Positions 20,962 through 30,723 of a stretch of DNA of 64,000 nt are shown piece by piece. Origin of the DNA: Alphaproteobacteria bacterium (GTDB taxonomy: Bacteria > Pseudomonadota > Alphaproteobacteria > Rickettsiales > UBA3002); the NCBI GenBank assembly GCA_033763655.1, contig JANRKD010000001.1, forward strand, positions 64,023-128,022, given 5' to 3'. The notes below the pieces were generated by a model. The model worked only from the letters and a program-made list of their open reading frames with translations, ran no database searches and was not told the origin of the DNA. The first letter of the stretch is position 1. Every line of letters starts with the position of its first letter. Made by a program: the position numbers and the translations under genes.

Positions 20962-21369
20962 TTATTTTTCAAACGGAGGGAAATTTTCACGAGTGCCGCG
21001 CGCCACATCGTGTGTCCCGTTGTGCGACAAAATGCGTACTAGAATCGCGGGTTGAGGTGGCTCATATGCCAACCGCAAAATATGCCCCTCGTGACTTACC
21101 GAGCGGAATACCCGAAGTTTTGCACGGCCAACGCTAGAGATAGCCCGAAAATCTTCTGGCCGAATGGCGATGAAACCCTGGTTATGCTCATGCCTGCGGT
21201 AATTGAATTTGCCGTTCTTAAATTCACCGCGCTCCACCCAGCGGAGCGGAAGCCATACGCAGGCACGCAACAGATCATTCTCGATAGCATAATAAATATC
21301 GTCCTGCGAAACGCCCCAGCGGGTCGCAAGGTTATGCATTCGATCATAGTCTTTCACTGGAAAGGCCAT
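20962..21369 (-). CDS. Hypothetical protein (136 aa)
   Basis: Start placed at ATG 21369 (MAFPVKDYDRMHNLATRWGVSQDDIYYAIE, HTH-like). The longer ORF-track version overlaps the neighbouring gene fragment. Confidence 0.5.
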   Translation of the reverse strand: MAFPVKDYDRMHNLATRWGVSQDDIYYAIENDLLRACVWLPLRWVERGEFKNGKFNYRRHEHNQGFIAIRPEDFRAISSVGRAKLRVFRSVSHEGHILRLAYEPPQPAILVRILSHNGTHDVARGTRENFPPFEK

Positions 21370-21421
21370 TACTTGCGCTTGTTTTAATTGTTTTTTTATC
21401 TGCTTTGCCGAGGCACACCGC

Positions 21422-21982
21422 ATGGTTCGCCGCGCAGTAGAGCGTGGGGTGCCGGAAGAAAAAATCGCTAAAGCACTCAACCTTGATATTAAAAACATCA
21501 TTCTAAAACGCGACCTACTCGAAGGTATCTGCCAAGAAGCCGCCGACATGCTCAAAGACAAGATGGTTTCTATCGGTGTGTTTCCCATCCTTAAGCGCAT
21601 GAAACCGTATCGCCAAATCGAAGCGGTGATGCTGATGAACGATGCAGGCACCTATTCCGCACCGTATGCAAAAATGCTGCTAGCGGCGACGACCAAAGAC
21701 CAGCTGGTCAAACCTGATAAGCCAAAAAATATACGCGGACTCACCGAAGAACAGATAGCACGCATGGAAAATGAAATGACGAATTTACAGCGTGATTTCC
21801 GTTTGATTGAGGAAAGTTACGGTACGGACTTTTTGAATTTTACGCTGGTTAAAGCCTATCTCGGCACACTCCTTGGTAATGCGCGGGTGGTGCGTTATTT
21901 TGCACAGCATCATGGCGAAATACTGCGTGAGTTCCAAAAGATCGTGGACATCAAGTCACTCGGAAATGAGGAAGTCACCTAA
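21422..21982 (+). pseudogene. 5'-truncated copy of the RepB/ParB-like gene found intact at 43891-44814
   Basis: The 186 aa align along their whole length with residues about 125-307 of the 307-aa protein (for example IEESYGTDFLNFTLVKAYLGTLLGNARVV vs IEESFGPNVLNLTVAKTYLATLLGNARIV). The ParB N-terminal domain is missing. Confidence 0.7.
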
Positions 21983-21989
21983 CGGTGCA

Positions 21990-22165
21990 TCCAGGCGACC
22001 GGGAGCCATAAGCGCCGGGACTGTGGGAGAAGCCGCACGGTGGGGCGGATCAAGCGCAGTGGTGGGAACAGCGGCGACCCCGTTTAAGCCCACTAGGTCG
22101 GTTCGATCATCACCGACCGGCGCACCAGCGAAGCAGGAAAGCCGTAAGACTTCGCTGGTGCTATC
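21990..22165 (+). ncRNA. Conserved non-coding element downstream of the RepB-like gene, copy 1 (candidate structured RNA or protein-binding/recombination site)
   Basis: About 170 nt, roughly three-quarters identical by eye to the reverse complement of 43680-43870. Same position and orientation relative to the RepB-like ORF. One hairpin shows a compensatory change. Confidence 0.35.
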
Positions 22166-22412
22166 GCATGTATCGCAAAAGCTGATTAAATATTTTGCGG
22201 GCATCCACTTTCAGCACCCGATAGACCGTAATGAACTCAATTATATCCAGCCTGCGCTGGCCATTTTCATATTTTGAAACGAAAGATTGAGGCTTTTCAA
22301 GCAATAGCGCCAATTCTGCCTGCGTGACGCCGACAGCTAATCTCGCTTTCACCAGCAAGCTGATAAAATACTGATCTTCCTTGGAGTAAATCGTTCTTTG
22401 CACTGCACCCAT
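22161..22412 (-). CDS. XRE-family HTH regulator (83 aa)
   Basis: VGVTQAELALLLEKPQSFVSKYENGQRRLDIIEF. Confidence 0.8.
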   Translation of the reverse strand: MGAVQRTIYSKEDQYFISLLVKARLAVGVTQAELALLLEKPQSFVSKYENGQRRLDIIEFITVYRVLKVDARKIFNQLLRYMR

Positions 22413-22626
22413 ACCTGAAAAAGTATGGGTAAAGCAGCTAAACCCGTTTTGGGATTATCCCAAAGAAGGATAATTTATAATGCCTCTATACGGCCTATTC
22501 GATGCCCTCAAATAATATATTTAATTATTCTATTTCAGCATGATGAGCATATTCATGAAATCTTCACAAAACTGTCACACACGGGAAATAAATAAAGTGC
22601 GATAGTGGGGATGCTAAATAAAAAAT

Positions 22627-23943
22627 ATGGCACCTCGGGAGCAAAAAATGATGGGTTGGTTCAAAAATATGTTTGGTGGCGCGCAAGCTGACCAAGCAGC
22701 AAACTTCCAACCGCAAGCTCCGGCGACGACGGCTCCGGTTACCACCACCCAAGCTGCCAACGATGCCGCATTCGACTGGGTAGATGCTGCAAATATGGTA
22801 ATTGGCCAGTCCCTAAAGCGCCTTCCTGTACGCCGCTACGGTGTACAAAATGCTGCTAGCCTACTTCCGCTCGAATCCGTGAGCCTAACCGGTGTAAAAC
22901 CTCAAGAGGGTGGGTTTGCGGTCCGCATGGGGGGCGCTCCTGCTAACACGACGGTTACACTAACCATGCGTATGAAAGACAAAGTCGGTAATTACGATAT
23001 CGATGCAGTCAATAACGCAATTCATGCCGTGCTAGCTAGTGTGCCTGCGCTCACAGGCAAAGTTAAATTCGCCAAAGACATTTCGCAGCAATCACTCGAC
23101 CATGATGATATCTGGAAGCAATTGCACAGCGTTATTCAAAGTTCGGGTAAATTTTCTGAGCAAGAAATCGGCCTACTTTCTGAGTATTTTGAGCAAAGCA
23201 AATTAGCGTCGGCAGAAGATACGGATTGGAGCAAAATTGAAGTACAGCATGCGGACGGCAAAGTGCAGGTACGCATTCGCCCGCAATCACTAAAAGGTGA
23301 CGAAAATGAAGCCGTATCGGGTGAAGCTCGCCTTGTGGCACACTTTAATGAGCGCAAAGATATTATTCTGCCCCTTATGCGCAACAAAGTCGCAGCGTTG
23401 AATGTTTTAACCTCGGAAGAATTAGCATCGCTCGATTTCAACGCAGCCGTGACGAAAGCCGATTGGGGCGACCAGCCGACCATCGAATTTGGCAGCAAAA
23501 CCGGCAAGGAAGGTGTGTTAGAAAAAACTGCGCTGGCGAAGATTGATACCGATAAAATCCAAGAGTGCTTTACGGCAGCGTTTTTAGAAGCTGAAAAAGA
23601 GCTTCCTTCGGTTATGGGCCGCATGGCTGATGGTGCGATGGTTGCCCAAGCAATTCGCCACCGTTTGGGCAACAACCCAACCGTGGAAAAAGCACTCGAC
23701 CACGCCATGTTCAAAAGTCAAAAAGAACAAAAGGCGGAAAATGAAAGCAAACAAGATGCAAACCTTGTGGAAATCGGCAATGCGACAGAAACCGATGATC
23801 CCCACAAACTCGTACTTACCTTTGATTTGCCGCACGGCGTAAGCCTCGGCGCATTGCGTGAAAGCGTTGTGCGTGGACAGCAGCAGATACCGATTATGGC
23901 AGCACGCAATTTAACTCAGGGTTCGGCTGCAATAGCAGCATAG
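22627..23943 (+). CDS. Hypothetical protein (about 430 aa), no recognisable domain
   Basis: Long clean ORF, divergent from the XRE gene across an AT-rich spacer. The start may be the MMGWFKNMFGG methionines. Confidence 0.65.
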   Translation: MAPREQKMMGWFKNMFGGAQADQAANFQPQAPATTAPVTTTQAANDAAFDWVDAANMVIGQSLKRLPVRRYGVQNAASLLPLESVSLTGVKPQEGGFAVRMGGAPANTTVTLTMRMKDKVGNYDIDAVNNAIHAVLASVPALTGKVKFAKDISQQSLDHDDIWKQLHSVIQSSGKFSEQEIGLLSEYFEQSKLASAEDTDWSKIEVQHADGKVQVRIRPQSLKGDENEAVSGEARLVAHFNERKDIILPLMRNKVAALNVLTSEELASLDFNAAVTKADWGDQPTIEFGSKTGKEGVLEKTALAKIDTDKIQECFTAAFLEAEKELPSVMGRMADGAMVAQAIRHRLGNNPTVEKALDHAMFKSQKEQKAENESKQDANLVEIGNATETDDPHKLVLTFDLPHGVSLGALRESVVRGQQQIPIMAARNLTQGSAAIAA

Positions 23944-24167
23944 GGAAATTTTATGGCAAACTATGAAAATGATGAAGCGCCTCTACTAGCCCCCACCATT
24001 TCCCGATCAGCAGTCTCATATTTTGAGAGATGATCGCCCTGTGCGGCGCTGTCTGGGCCACTCGCTGTCCAAAACGACACCAGAGAAACCGATTCCATGC
24101 CATTTCAGAGCCACCTTCACCCCGTTCTCTCTGCGGGGCAATTTCGGCGTGTCGTTTAGGGGGAATA

Positions 24168-25810
24168 TTAGGCGCTGAATCCGAGTGCGCGACGCTGATT
24201 TTGCCAGTCGAGCGGGATATCGATCTGGCGAATGAGCATCTGTGTCGTGAGATGGGCGGGCTGCTTACCTGCCATGATGGCCCCTACAATATCGGGGGCC
24301 AGAAATGCCAAGGGCATGATTTTCTTCACATAGCTATCGCTGACATCGTTACGCGATGCAATCTCCGCCATGGATGCGATGGTGCCTGATAGCAGCGCCT
24401 CACTCCACGCATGCGCACGCGCGATGGCATTGACGAGGGTGGAATCGATAGTGGCAGCAGATGCCATTCCACCTTCGATAACTAAACGCATCTCATGACC
24501 ACGCCGCTTGATCCGCATCGGCGTGTCACGCATCATGGAGATGTTATCGTTACCCGCTTCTGAAGATACGAGCGATGCCAACGATAGCTGGACCTGCAAC
24601 CCATCCTGCCGCAGCACTACTCGGTGCACGAACGCTTCAAAAACATGGCCTTGATATTGAGCTCCATCATGTGCCTTGGCTAGCAACGCTGGGATGAGAT
24701 GCGACGGAATGTTTGCTGCCTGCAATGCATCTACCATCGCATCGCGGTCTTTCAGCATGGCTTGGGCAATACTAAAGATGGTGTTTTCGATGGCTTGGCC
24801 TGGCAGGCGCCAGCCATTCGGAGCATCCTCTTTCGTACCCGTCTTCAACGATTGAGAAATATAGTAGCGATACCGCCGCCCCTTTTTGTTGGCATGAACA
24901 ACAACCAGCGCTTCACCGGTTGCAGCATCGAACAGCTTACCATTGAGGGATCCATCTTCAGTCTTTCGCGATTGTTCGACGATGCCCGCCCGATTGCTTA
25001 TGAGCTTTTGCTGCACCTGATCCCATAGCTGCGGGTCAATAATGCCCTTATATGGCAGGTGCCCTTAAAGCGGATCTGGCCAGCATAGAGGGGATTGGAC
25101 AACAGATGATACAACGCCCCACGGGAGAATGGCATCCCGCCAGGACGAGTATCGCTATCGCGCGCTTTGGAGTGGATGCCATTCGTACATAGATCATCGC
25201 GTAGCTGGCGGACGCCACCCAACTCCAGATACCGTGTAAAGATATGGCGGATGGTTGCCGCCTCTGCTGGATTGATAACCAGTTTCTTTTCCACGATATC
25301 ATACCCTAACGGCGCATAGCCGCCCATCCACATGCCCTTCTTTTTAGAGGCAGCGATCTTATCGCGGATGCGCTCACCAGTGACTTCGCGCTCAAATTGT
25401 GCGAAGGATAGTAGAACATTGAGCGTCAATCGCCCCATGGAGCTGGTAGTATTGAACTGCTGCGTCACCGATACGAAGGACACGCCACGCTTGTCGAACA
25501 CCTCGACCATCTTTGCGAAGTCGTGCAGCGAGCGTGACAACCGATCAACCTTGTACACGACGATCACGTCGATCTTACCTGCCTCAATATCATGCATCAG
25601 CAGCTGCAGCGCCGGGCGGTTCATCGTGCCACCGCTATACCCACCATCGTCGTAGGTCGTTTTTACCAGCTGCCAACCTTCATGCTTCTGGCTTTTGATA
25701 AAGGACTCGCTCGCCTCACGCTGCGCATGCAGTGAGTTAAAATCCTGCTCCAATCCTTCCTCGGATGATTTTCGGGTATAAATAGCGCAACGGATGATCT
25801 TGGTAGTCAT
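24168..25810 (-). pseudogene. Large serine recombinase disrupted by one frameshift (near 25050)
   Basis: The N-terminal ORF (CAIYTRKSSEEG, VYKVDRLSRS, recombinase domain) ends in out-of-frame residues. Shifting one frame restores GIIDPQLWDQVQQKL, which continues into ORF 24168-25016. Confidence 0.8.
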
Positions 25811-26253
25811 GCGGCCTCTTTCTTCAGCCCGAAGAATAATGGACCTGACCATTTGGCGCCGGTGATGACCTGCGCGATTTGCGACAGCGAACGATAGCGT
25901 TGGCCTTGATAGTACACCCCATCATCGAGCACCGTCACCTCATGGCTCACCCCATGCCATTCTCGCAGCAGCCGGGTGCCGGGTTTAACTTGCGTAACCG
26001 ACACTGCTGTTGCACGAGCTGCATGGCCATCTTCAGCAATTTTTATTAGATAGCGCTGCATGGATGGCTTCAACCCACCCAATGCTTGCTCCTGCATGTG
26101 GTAGGCAAGTGCACGTAGCATCAGGGGGTGGCTGATACTGCGAGGAGGCTCAGTACCATAAGCCGTTTGCCATGCAGCAGTCAGCGCTGCTCGGTCTAGG
26201 CTTGGCAGCCTCGCCAAATCACTGGCGAGGCTGCAGTTATTACGACGCTTCAT
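25807..26253 (-). CDS. DUF2924-like protein
   Basis: REWHGVSHEVTVLDDGVYYQGQRYRSLSQIAQVITGAKWSGPLFFGL. ATGA overlap with the recombinase start. Confidence 0.7.
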   Translation of the reverse strand: MKRRNNCSLASDLARLPSLDRAALTAAWQTAYGTEPPRSISHPLMLRALAYHMQEQALGGLKPSMQRYLIKIAEDGHAARATAVSVTQVKPGTRLLREWHGVSHEVTVLDDGVYYQGQRYRSLSQIAQVITGAKWSGPLFFGLKKEAA

Positions 26254-26606
26254 TATCGCGCATCCGCGATGCGGTACATACGACCACGTTCGCCGAACTC
26301 GGTAATGACGGGCAAGCCAAGGCGTTTCTTCAGTACGCCCGACAATGTGCCGTGCACGCTGTGCCGCTGCCAGCCAGTGGCCTCCATCAATTCTTCTATA
26401 GCAGCGCCCTTGGGCCGTTTTAGCAAGGTGATGAGGGCTTGCTGCTTTGTCGCAGCGGGCACCGCTGGCTGTGCCACCTTCGGTTTAGATTTACCGACGC
26501 TGATTTCAACGGGTGCGGCAGCCTGTTTTTTTGTGACTTTAGCAGTACGCAGTTTCGGTATTGCTGTTTCTGCGGTTTCGATCTGGTTAGGTTTTACTTT
26601 TGCCAT
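26253..26606 (-). CDS. DUF3489-like protein
   Basis: LLKRPKGAAIEELMEATGWQRHSVHGTLSGVLKKRLGL. Start at ATG 26606 with GAAGGAGA SD. Confidence 0.7.
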   Translation of the reverse strand: MAKVKPNQIETAETAIPKLRTAKVTKKQAAAPVEISVGKSKPKVAQPAVPAATKQQALITLLKRPKGAAIEELMEATGWQRHSVHGTLSGVLKKRLGLPVITEFGERGRMYRIADAR

Positions 26607-26998
26607 GGGATTCTCCTTCAGGTGACAACCCCAGCGGAATGCTGGGGCTTGTACTGCCATAAGCCCGCGTGCGGGCTGGAGATGCGGCATTAGGTGCGCC
26701 AGTAATGACAGCAATGCTTGCCGTGCGCATGAAGTCGAGTGGAATCTTATCATAAAATGACGAGTATTTCTCTTGCCTTAGTTATGTTTGCGGGTAACGT
26801 GGCCAATAGTTGGAAATGTAATCTAACTAGGGTGTTCAAACCCTTAACGTTAGCGGTCTTAGTGCACCGCTAAGCACTCCTCACCATTATGGTCGAGAAG
26901 GCGCACGTGTATGTTCAGGCTTCACGGCTAAAGACGTGCGCGACCTTGCTAACGTTAGGTTTTGAAACTCCCCGATCACCAGTGGGAGATGGAAACTC

Positions 26999-27739
26999 GT
27001 GTTCTCGCAACATGTCACAGAAGAGATCGGCCACTATGTGTATCGACTGATTGATCCACGTAACGGTGAAACATTCTATGTCGGCAAAGGTATTGGCAAC
27101 CGAGTATTCGCCCATATCAAAGGTGAGGCGGCAACTAACGGCGACGAACTTTCACAAAAATTACAGCGTATTCGAGAAATTCGGCTCGATGGTTTCGAAG
27201 TCGGGCACATTATCCATCGACATGGTCTTGACGAAAGAACGGCTTACGAAGTTGAGGCGGCACTGATCGATGCGTATCCCGCTGTTACCAACTCAGTCGG
27301 CGGTCATTATTCTGACGAACGTGGCGTTATGCATGCAACGCAGATCGTGCAGCAATATGGGGCACCGGAAGCAGTATTTAGGCACCGAGCCATTATGATT
27401 ACGATCAATCACACTGCGGCGGAACGCAGCATTTATGACGCCGTGCGCTATGCCTGGAAAATCGACCCGAAAAAGGCAAGAGAAGCCGAGTTAGTGCTAG
27501 CGATTCGTCACGGAATCATCGTGGGTGTTTTTGAGCCGAGTGAATGGCTGCCCGCAACGCCGGAAAACTTCCCCAGCACGCTAGAGATTTGGGAGGGGCG
27601 TTGGGGTTTTATCGGTGAAGAAGCACCCCCAGAGATAACGCGCCTTTATCTCCGCCACCGTATCCCCGACAGCATGCGCAAACGTGGTGCCGCCAATCCT
27701 GTTCGTTATGTAAATCCCTCCGCCGATTCTGGGGTATAA
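26999..27739 (+). CDS. GIY-YIG nuclease-domain protein with uncharacterised C-terminal domain
   Basis: YVYRLIDPRNGETFYVGKGIGNRVFAH (GIY...YIG...R), later YEVEAALID. GTG start. Confidence 0.75.
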   Translation: MFSQHVTEEIGHYVYRLIDPRNGETFYVGKGIGNRVFAHIKGEAATNGDELSQKLQRIREIRLDGFEVGHIIHRHGLDERTAYEVEAALIDAYPAVTNSVGGHYSDERGVMHATQIVQQYGAPEAVFRHRAIMITINHTAAERSIYDAVRYAWKIDPKKAREAELVLAIRHGIIVGVFEPSEWLPATPENFPSTLEIWEGRWGFIGEEAPPEITRLYLRHRIPDSMRKRGAANPVRYVNPSADSGV

Positions 27740-27741
27740 TC

Positions 27742-28677
27742 ATGCAAGTCACCGCAACAACAGGCCGCTATATCAAACTGGGCAGTAGCGGCAAATGGGA
27801 GCAGTTGTGCCTGCAAGATGGCACATTGCGCCTCGGGTATTATGAGGCGCCACATTCACCTGCTGTGGCGGGTGATAAGGAAGCAATCAAAGCAGCCTAT
27901 GCCTATCTTGATGGTAGCGTGGCGAGCGACAATGCGCGGCAAGTGCTACAGTTTTATGATCCTTCTGACACGGTGATTTGGATCACCTTCGCAGATGGAT
28001 TTCTATGGTGGTGTAAAGCAGCACCAGAAGTAGAATATTTTGGCAACGATCGTGCACTATACACCGATGGCAGCCGATTGCGCCGAGCCATCGACGGCTG
28101 GAGCAACCGCACACTTCAGGGCAAACCACTGCGGATGATGGAGCTGAAGGGCGAACTCACAAAAACCTCTGCCTACCGCAAAACCATCTGCGATTTGAAG
28201 CCGCATCTATTGGCCTACTTACTGCGCAAAATTAACGACGAAGCGCTGCCTGAAATTATTGCAGCGCAGCAGGCCATGAACGACCTCCAGGTCTCCATGC
28301 GCACGATGATCGCCATGCTACATTGGCGGGACTTTGAGCTGCTTGTGGAGTTGATATTCAGCCACAGCGGTTGGCAACGCGTCAGTGTCGTTGGCGAGAC
28401 TATGAAAACGACCGACATAGAACTCCGCCTGCCTATCACCAGCGAGCGCGCCATGGTGCAGATTAAATCCGAAACCACCCAAGCGGAGTTCAATGAATAT
28501 CTGACTGCCTTTGAACGATGGGAGATGCAGCGTTTATTCTACATCTATCACACAGCCAAAGTGCCGCTAATATCAGGCACGCATGATCCTCGTGTTACTC
28601 TCATTGGTCCAGATCAGTTAGCCTCGCTCGTGTTGCGCGCGGGCCTCGTTGAGTGGGTGATGGAGAAGGCGGGGTAG
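27742..28677 (+). CDS. Protein with C-terminal Mrr-like restriction-endonuclease (PD-(D/E)xK) domain
   Basis: WRDFELLVELIFSHSGWQRVSVVG...TDIELRL...AMVQIKS matches the Mrr catalytic-domain pattern. The N-terminal 200 aa are unknown. Starts 2 nt after the GIY-YIG gene. Confidence 0.65.
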   Translation: MQVTATTGRYIKLGSSGKWEQLCLQDGTLRLGYYEAPHSPAVAGDKEAIKAAYAYLDGSVASDNARQVLQFYDPSDTVIWITFADGFLWWCKAAPEVEYFGNDRALYTDGSRLRRAIDGWSNRTLQGKPLRMMELKGELTKTSAYRKTICDLKPHLLAYLLRKINDEALPEIIAAQQAMNDLQVSMRTMIAMLHWRDFELLVELIFSHSGWQRVSVVGETMKTTDIELRLPITSERAMVQIKSETTQAEFNEYLTAFERWEMQRLFYIYHTAKVPLISGTHDPRVTLIGPDQLASLVLRAGLVEWVMEKAG

Positions 28678-29113
28678 AGTTTATTTTACCAAGCAACTTG
28701 GTAAAGGCGTCTAGTTCCTCATCCGTCAGACTATTCAAACCTTTATCAAAAGCCTCACTTTGCTGTTTTTGTAGTATCGCTTGATCTGAAATCCCCTTCT
28801 CCTCCACGACCATAAGTAATGAAACCAACATATTGGCTGCACGTAGATCTCCCTTCGCTGCCTTTTGAGCCAGGCTTTTTGCCGAAACGACTATTAGGGG
28901 CAGCGTAAGTGTTCGTGTTCCATCATTCACTGGAACCTCTCGGTATGCTTCCCTGGCAATGATGGTAAGCACGCTATCTTCCTTTGGCTTGTTAATAGTC
29001 CCCTTTGGTCGCCCCGTGCGGTTACCAGAATGCCCCTTCTTGAATTGAGTATCCTTCGGGGGCTTGCAATAGCCTACCTTATAGCGCCCGCTGGGCTGTT
29101 TCTTTTTGCTCAT
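28601..29113 (-). CDS. DUF5681-like protein
   Basis: KKGHSGNRTGRPKGT motif. ATGA overlap with the upstream methyltransferase gene. The 3' end overlaps the convergent Mrr-like gene by 77 nt. Confidence 0.6.
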   Translation of the reverse strand: MSKKKQPSGRYKVGYCKPPKDTQFKKGHSGNRTGRPKGTINKPKEDSVLTIIAREAYREVPVNDGTRTLTLPLIVVSAKSLAQKAAKGDLRAANMLVSLLMVVEEKGISDQAILQKQQSEAFDKGLNSLTDEELDAFTKLLGKINSTPPSPSPTQRGPRATRARLTDLDQ

Positions 29114-30417
29114 ACGACCCCCGTTGCATCGCGATGTACGCATTCCGCTTCATCATGCGCGAAGGTCTCCCAGCGCGCGATGATGCGATCGCAATAAATG
29201 GGGTCGATTTCGCCGAGAAAGCCGCGACGACCAGTCTTGTGCGCAGCAATCAAGGTCGACCCACTACCACCGAATGGATCGAGCACGATGTCGCCGCGCT
29301 TGGAGACATCCTTGATGGCATCGGCGATCATCTGCACCGGTTTGACGGTCGGGTGTAGCGCCAGCTCCTCCATACGCCCAGCCCGCAGTGAATTCACACC
29401 ACGATATTGCCACACGTTGGTGCGATAGCGGCCGTTCTGGCCGAGCTCGAAACTGTTGGTATGAGCGGCGGTACCATGCTTGAAGGCAAAGACCAGTTCA
29501 TGGCGTGATCGATAAAAGGTTCCCATGCCACCATTATCCTTCGCCCAGACGATAAGGTTCTTGAGCTCGGTATATGCGGTTTTGCCAGCTGCCAATAGTT
29601 CCTGCATGTGCCGCCAATCCATACAGATGTAATGAATCGCTCCATCCACGCTATGCGCGGTCATATTCTCGAAGGCAGTTTGCAAAAATTGCGTGAATTG
29701 CGCCTCCGACATTTCCCCCGAAGCCATGGCAAACTCGCGATGCTTGATGCTGCCAGAACCGCATACATGGCCATCGACAGGCACATTGTATGGGGGATCG
29801 GTGAAGACCATCTGCGCCTTGTTGCCATCCATTAGGGTAGCAATCACTTTGGGATCAAGCGCATTGCCACAGATGAGGCGGTGACGCCCCAGTTGCCAGA
29901 TATCACCCACCGCGCAGCGTGCCTTGGTTGCATCTGACGGAGGTAGCTGGTCTTCGCGGGGATTCCCAACTTCTTCATTCGGATTGCCCTCGATAATGTG
30001 GTCCACCTCAGCGATCGAGAAGCCAGTAATGTCGATGGTAAACTCATCCTGGAGCAGCAATTCCTTTAGCTCTTCAGCGAGCAGTTCTTCATCCCATCCA
30101 GCGTTGAGTGCCAGTTTGTTATCAGCCAGCACATAGGCGCGCTTCTGCTGTGGCGTCATATGCTCCAGACGGATACAAGGCACTTCGCGCAAGGTGAGTA
30201 ATTTCGCCGCTTCCACACGCCCGTGCCCCGCAAGAATGGTATTCTCACTATCGATAAGCACTGGATTGGTGAACCCAAACCGTGTGATGCTATCTGCGAT
30301 CTGGCGCACCTGTTTCTTTGAATGGGTGCGGGCGTTATTTTTCCAAGGCTTCAGCGAAGCAATTGGCAGTTGTTCAATATGGTGGTCCATAAATTCTCCT
30401 ATCGTAAGACGTGCCAA
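29110..30417 (-). CDS. ParB-N-domain-fused DNA methyltransferase (N6A/N4C type)
   Basis: ParB-like N-terminus (ILAGHGR), TDPPYN catalytic motif, DPFGGSGST SAM-binding motif. Confidence 0.9.
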   Translation of the reverse strand: MARLTIGEFMDHHIEQLPIASLKPWKNNARTHSKKQVRQIADSITRFGFTNPVLIDSENTILAGHGRVEAAKLLTLREVPCIRLEHMTPQQKRAYVLADNKLALNAGWDEELLAEELKELLLQDEFTIDITGFSIAEVDHIIEGNPNEEVGNPREDQLPPSDATKARCAVGDIWQLGRHRLICGNALDPKVIATLMDGNKAQMVFTDPPYNVPVDGHVCGSGSIKHREFAMASGEMSEAQFTQFLQTAFENMTAHSVDGAIHYICMDWRHMQELLAAGKTAYTELKNLIVWAKDNGGMGTFYRSRHELVFAFKHGTAAHTNSFELGQNGRYRTNVWQYRGVNSLRAGRMEELALHPTVKPVQMIADAIKDVSKRGDIVLDPFGGSGSTLIAAHKTGRRGFLGEIDPIYCDRIIARWETFAHDEAECVHRDATGVV

Positions 30418-30723
30418 TGGGCACAGAGAAATGAACCCTGCGCATTAGCACATGTTAAAAATGTTGATGAAAATCAGGATGCTAAAAAGCCATGCTTTGC
30501 ATGGCTACCGCAGACCGATCAGTTTGTATGATCAGTCGCATGCCTCATTATATACATCATTTTATGCACCCCCGAAAGTAATTTGTGCGCCTGAATGATC
30601 TCGTTGGGTGCCACTTTATAAGTGATCATCAGGAGAGAAACCAGAGTTAAAATAAGGATATTCAAAACGATAAGCGCCTGATAGAAGAGATCTACAATTT
30701 CTAGTTGCTTATAGGGTTTCTAT

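Noticed and set aside
22081-22135. tRNA-like / tmRNA-like 3' end (ggtcggttcgatc...ccgaccggcgcacca).
   Set aside because: There is no acceptor-stem partner upstream. The second copy lacks both the TTCGA loop and the ACCA (gtcagcttgaattctcgctgac...ggcactgg), so the resemblance is coincidental.
21873-22277. ORFs of 134 aa (+) and 82 aa (-, 21956-22204) crossing the conserved element.
   Set aside because: Neither reading frame is preserved in the second copy (43680-43870), where no ORF of 60 aa or more exists. Conservation is therefore at the nucleotide or structure level.
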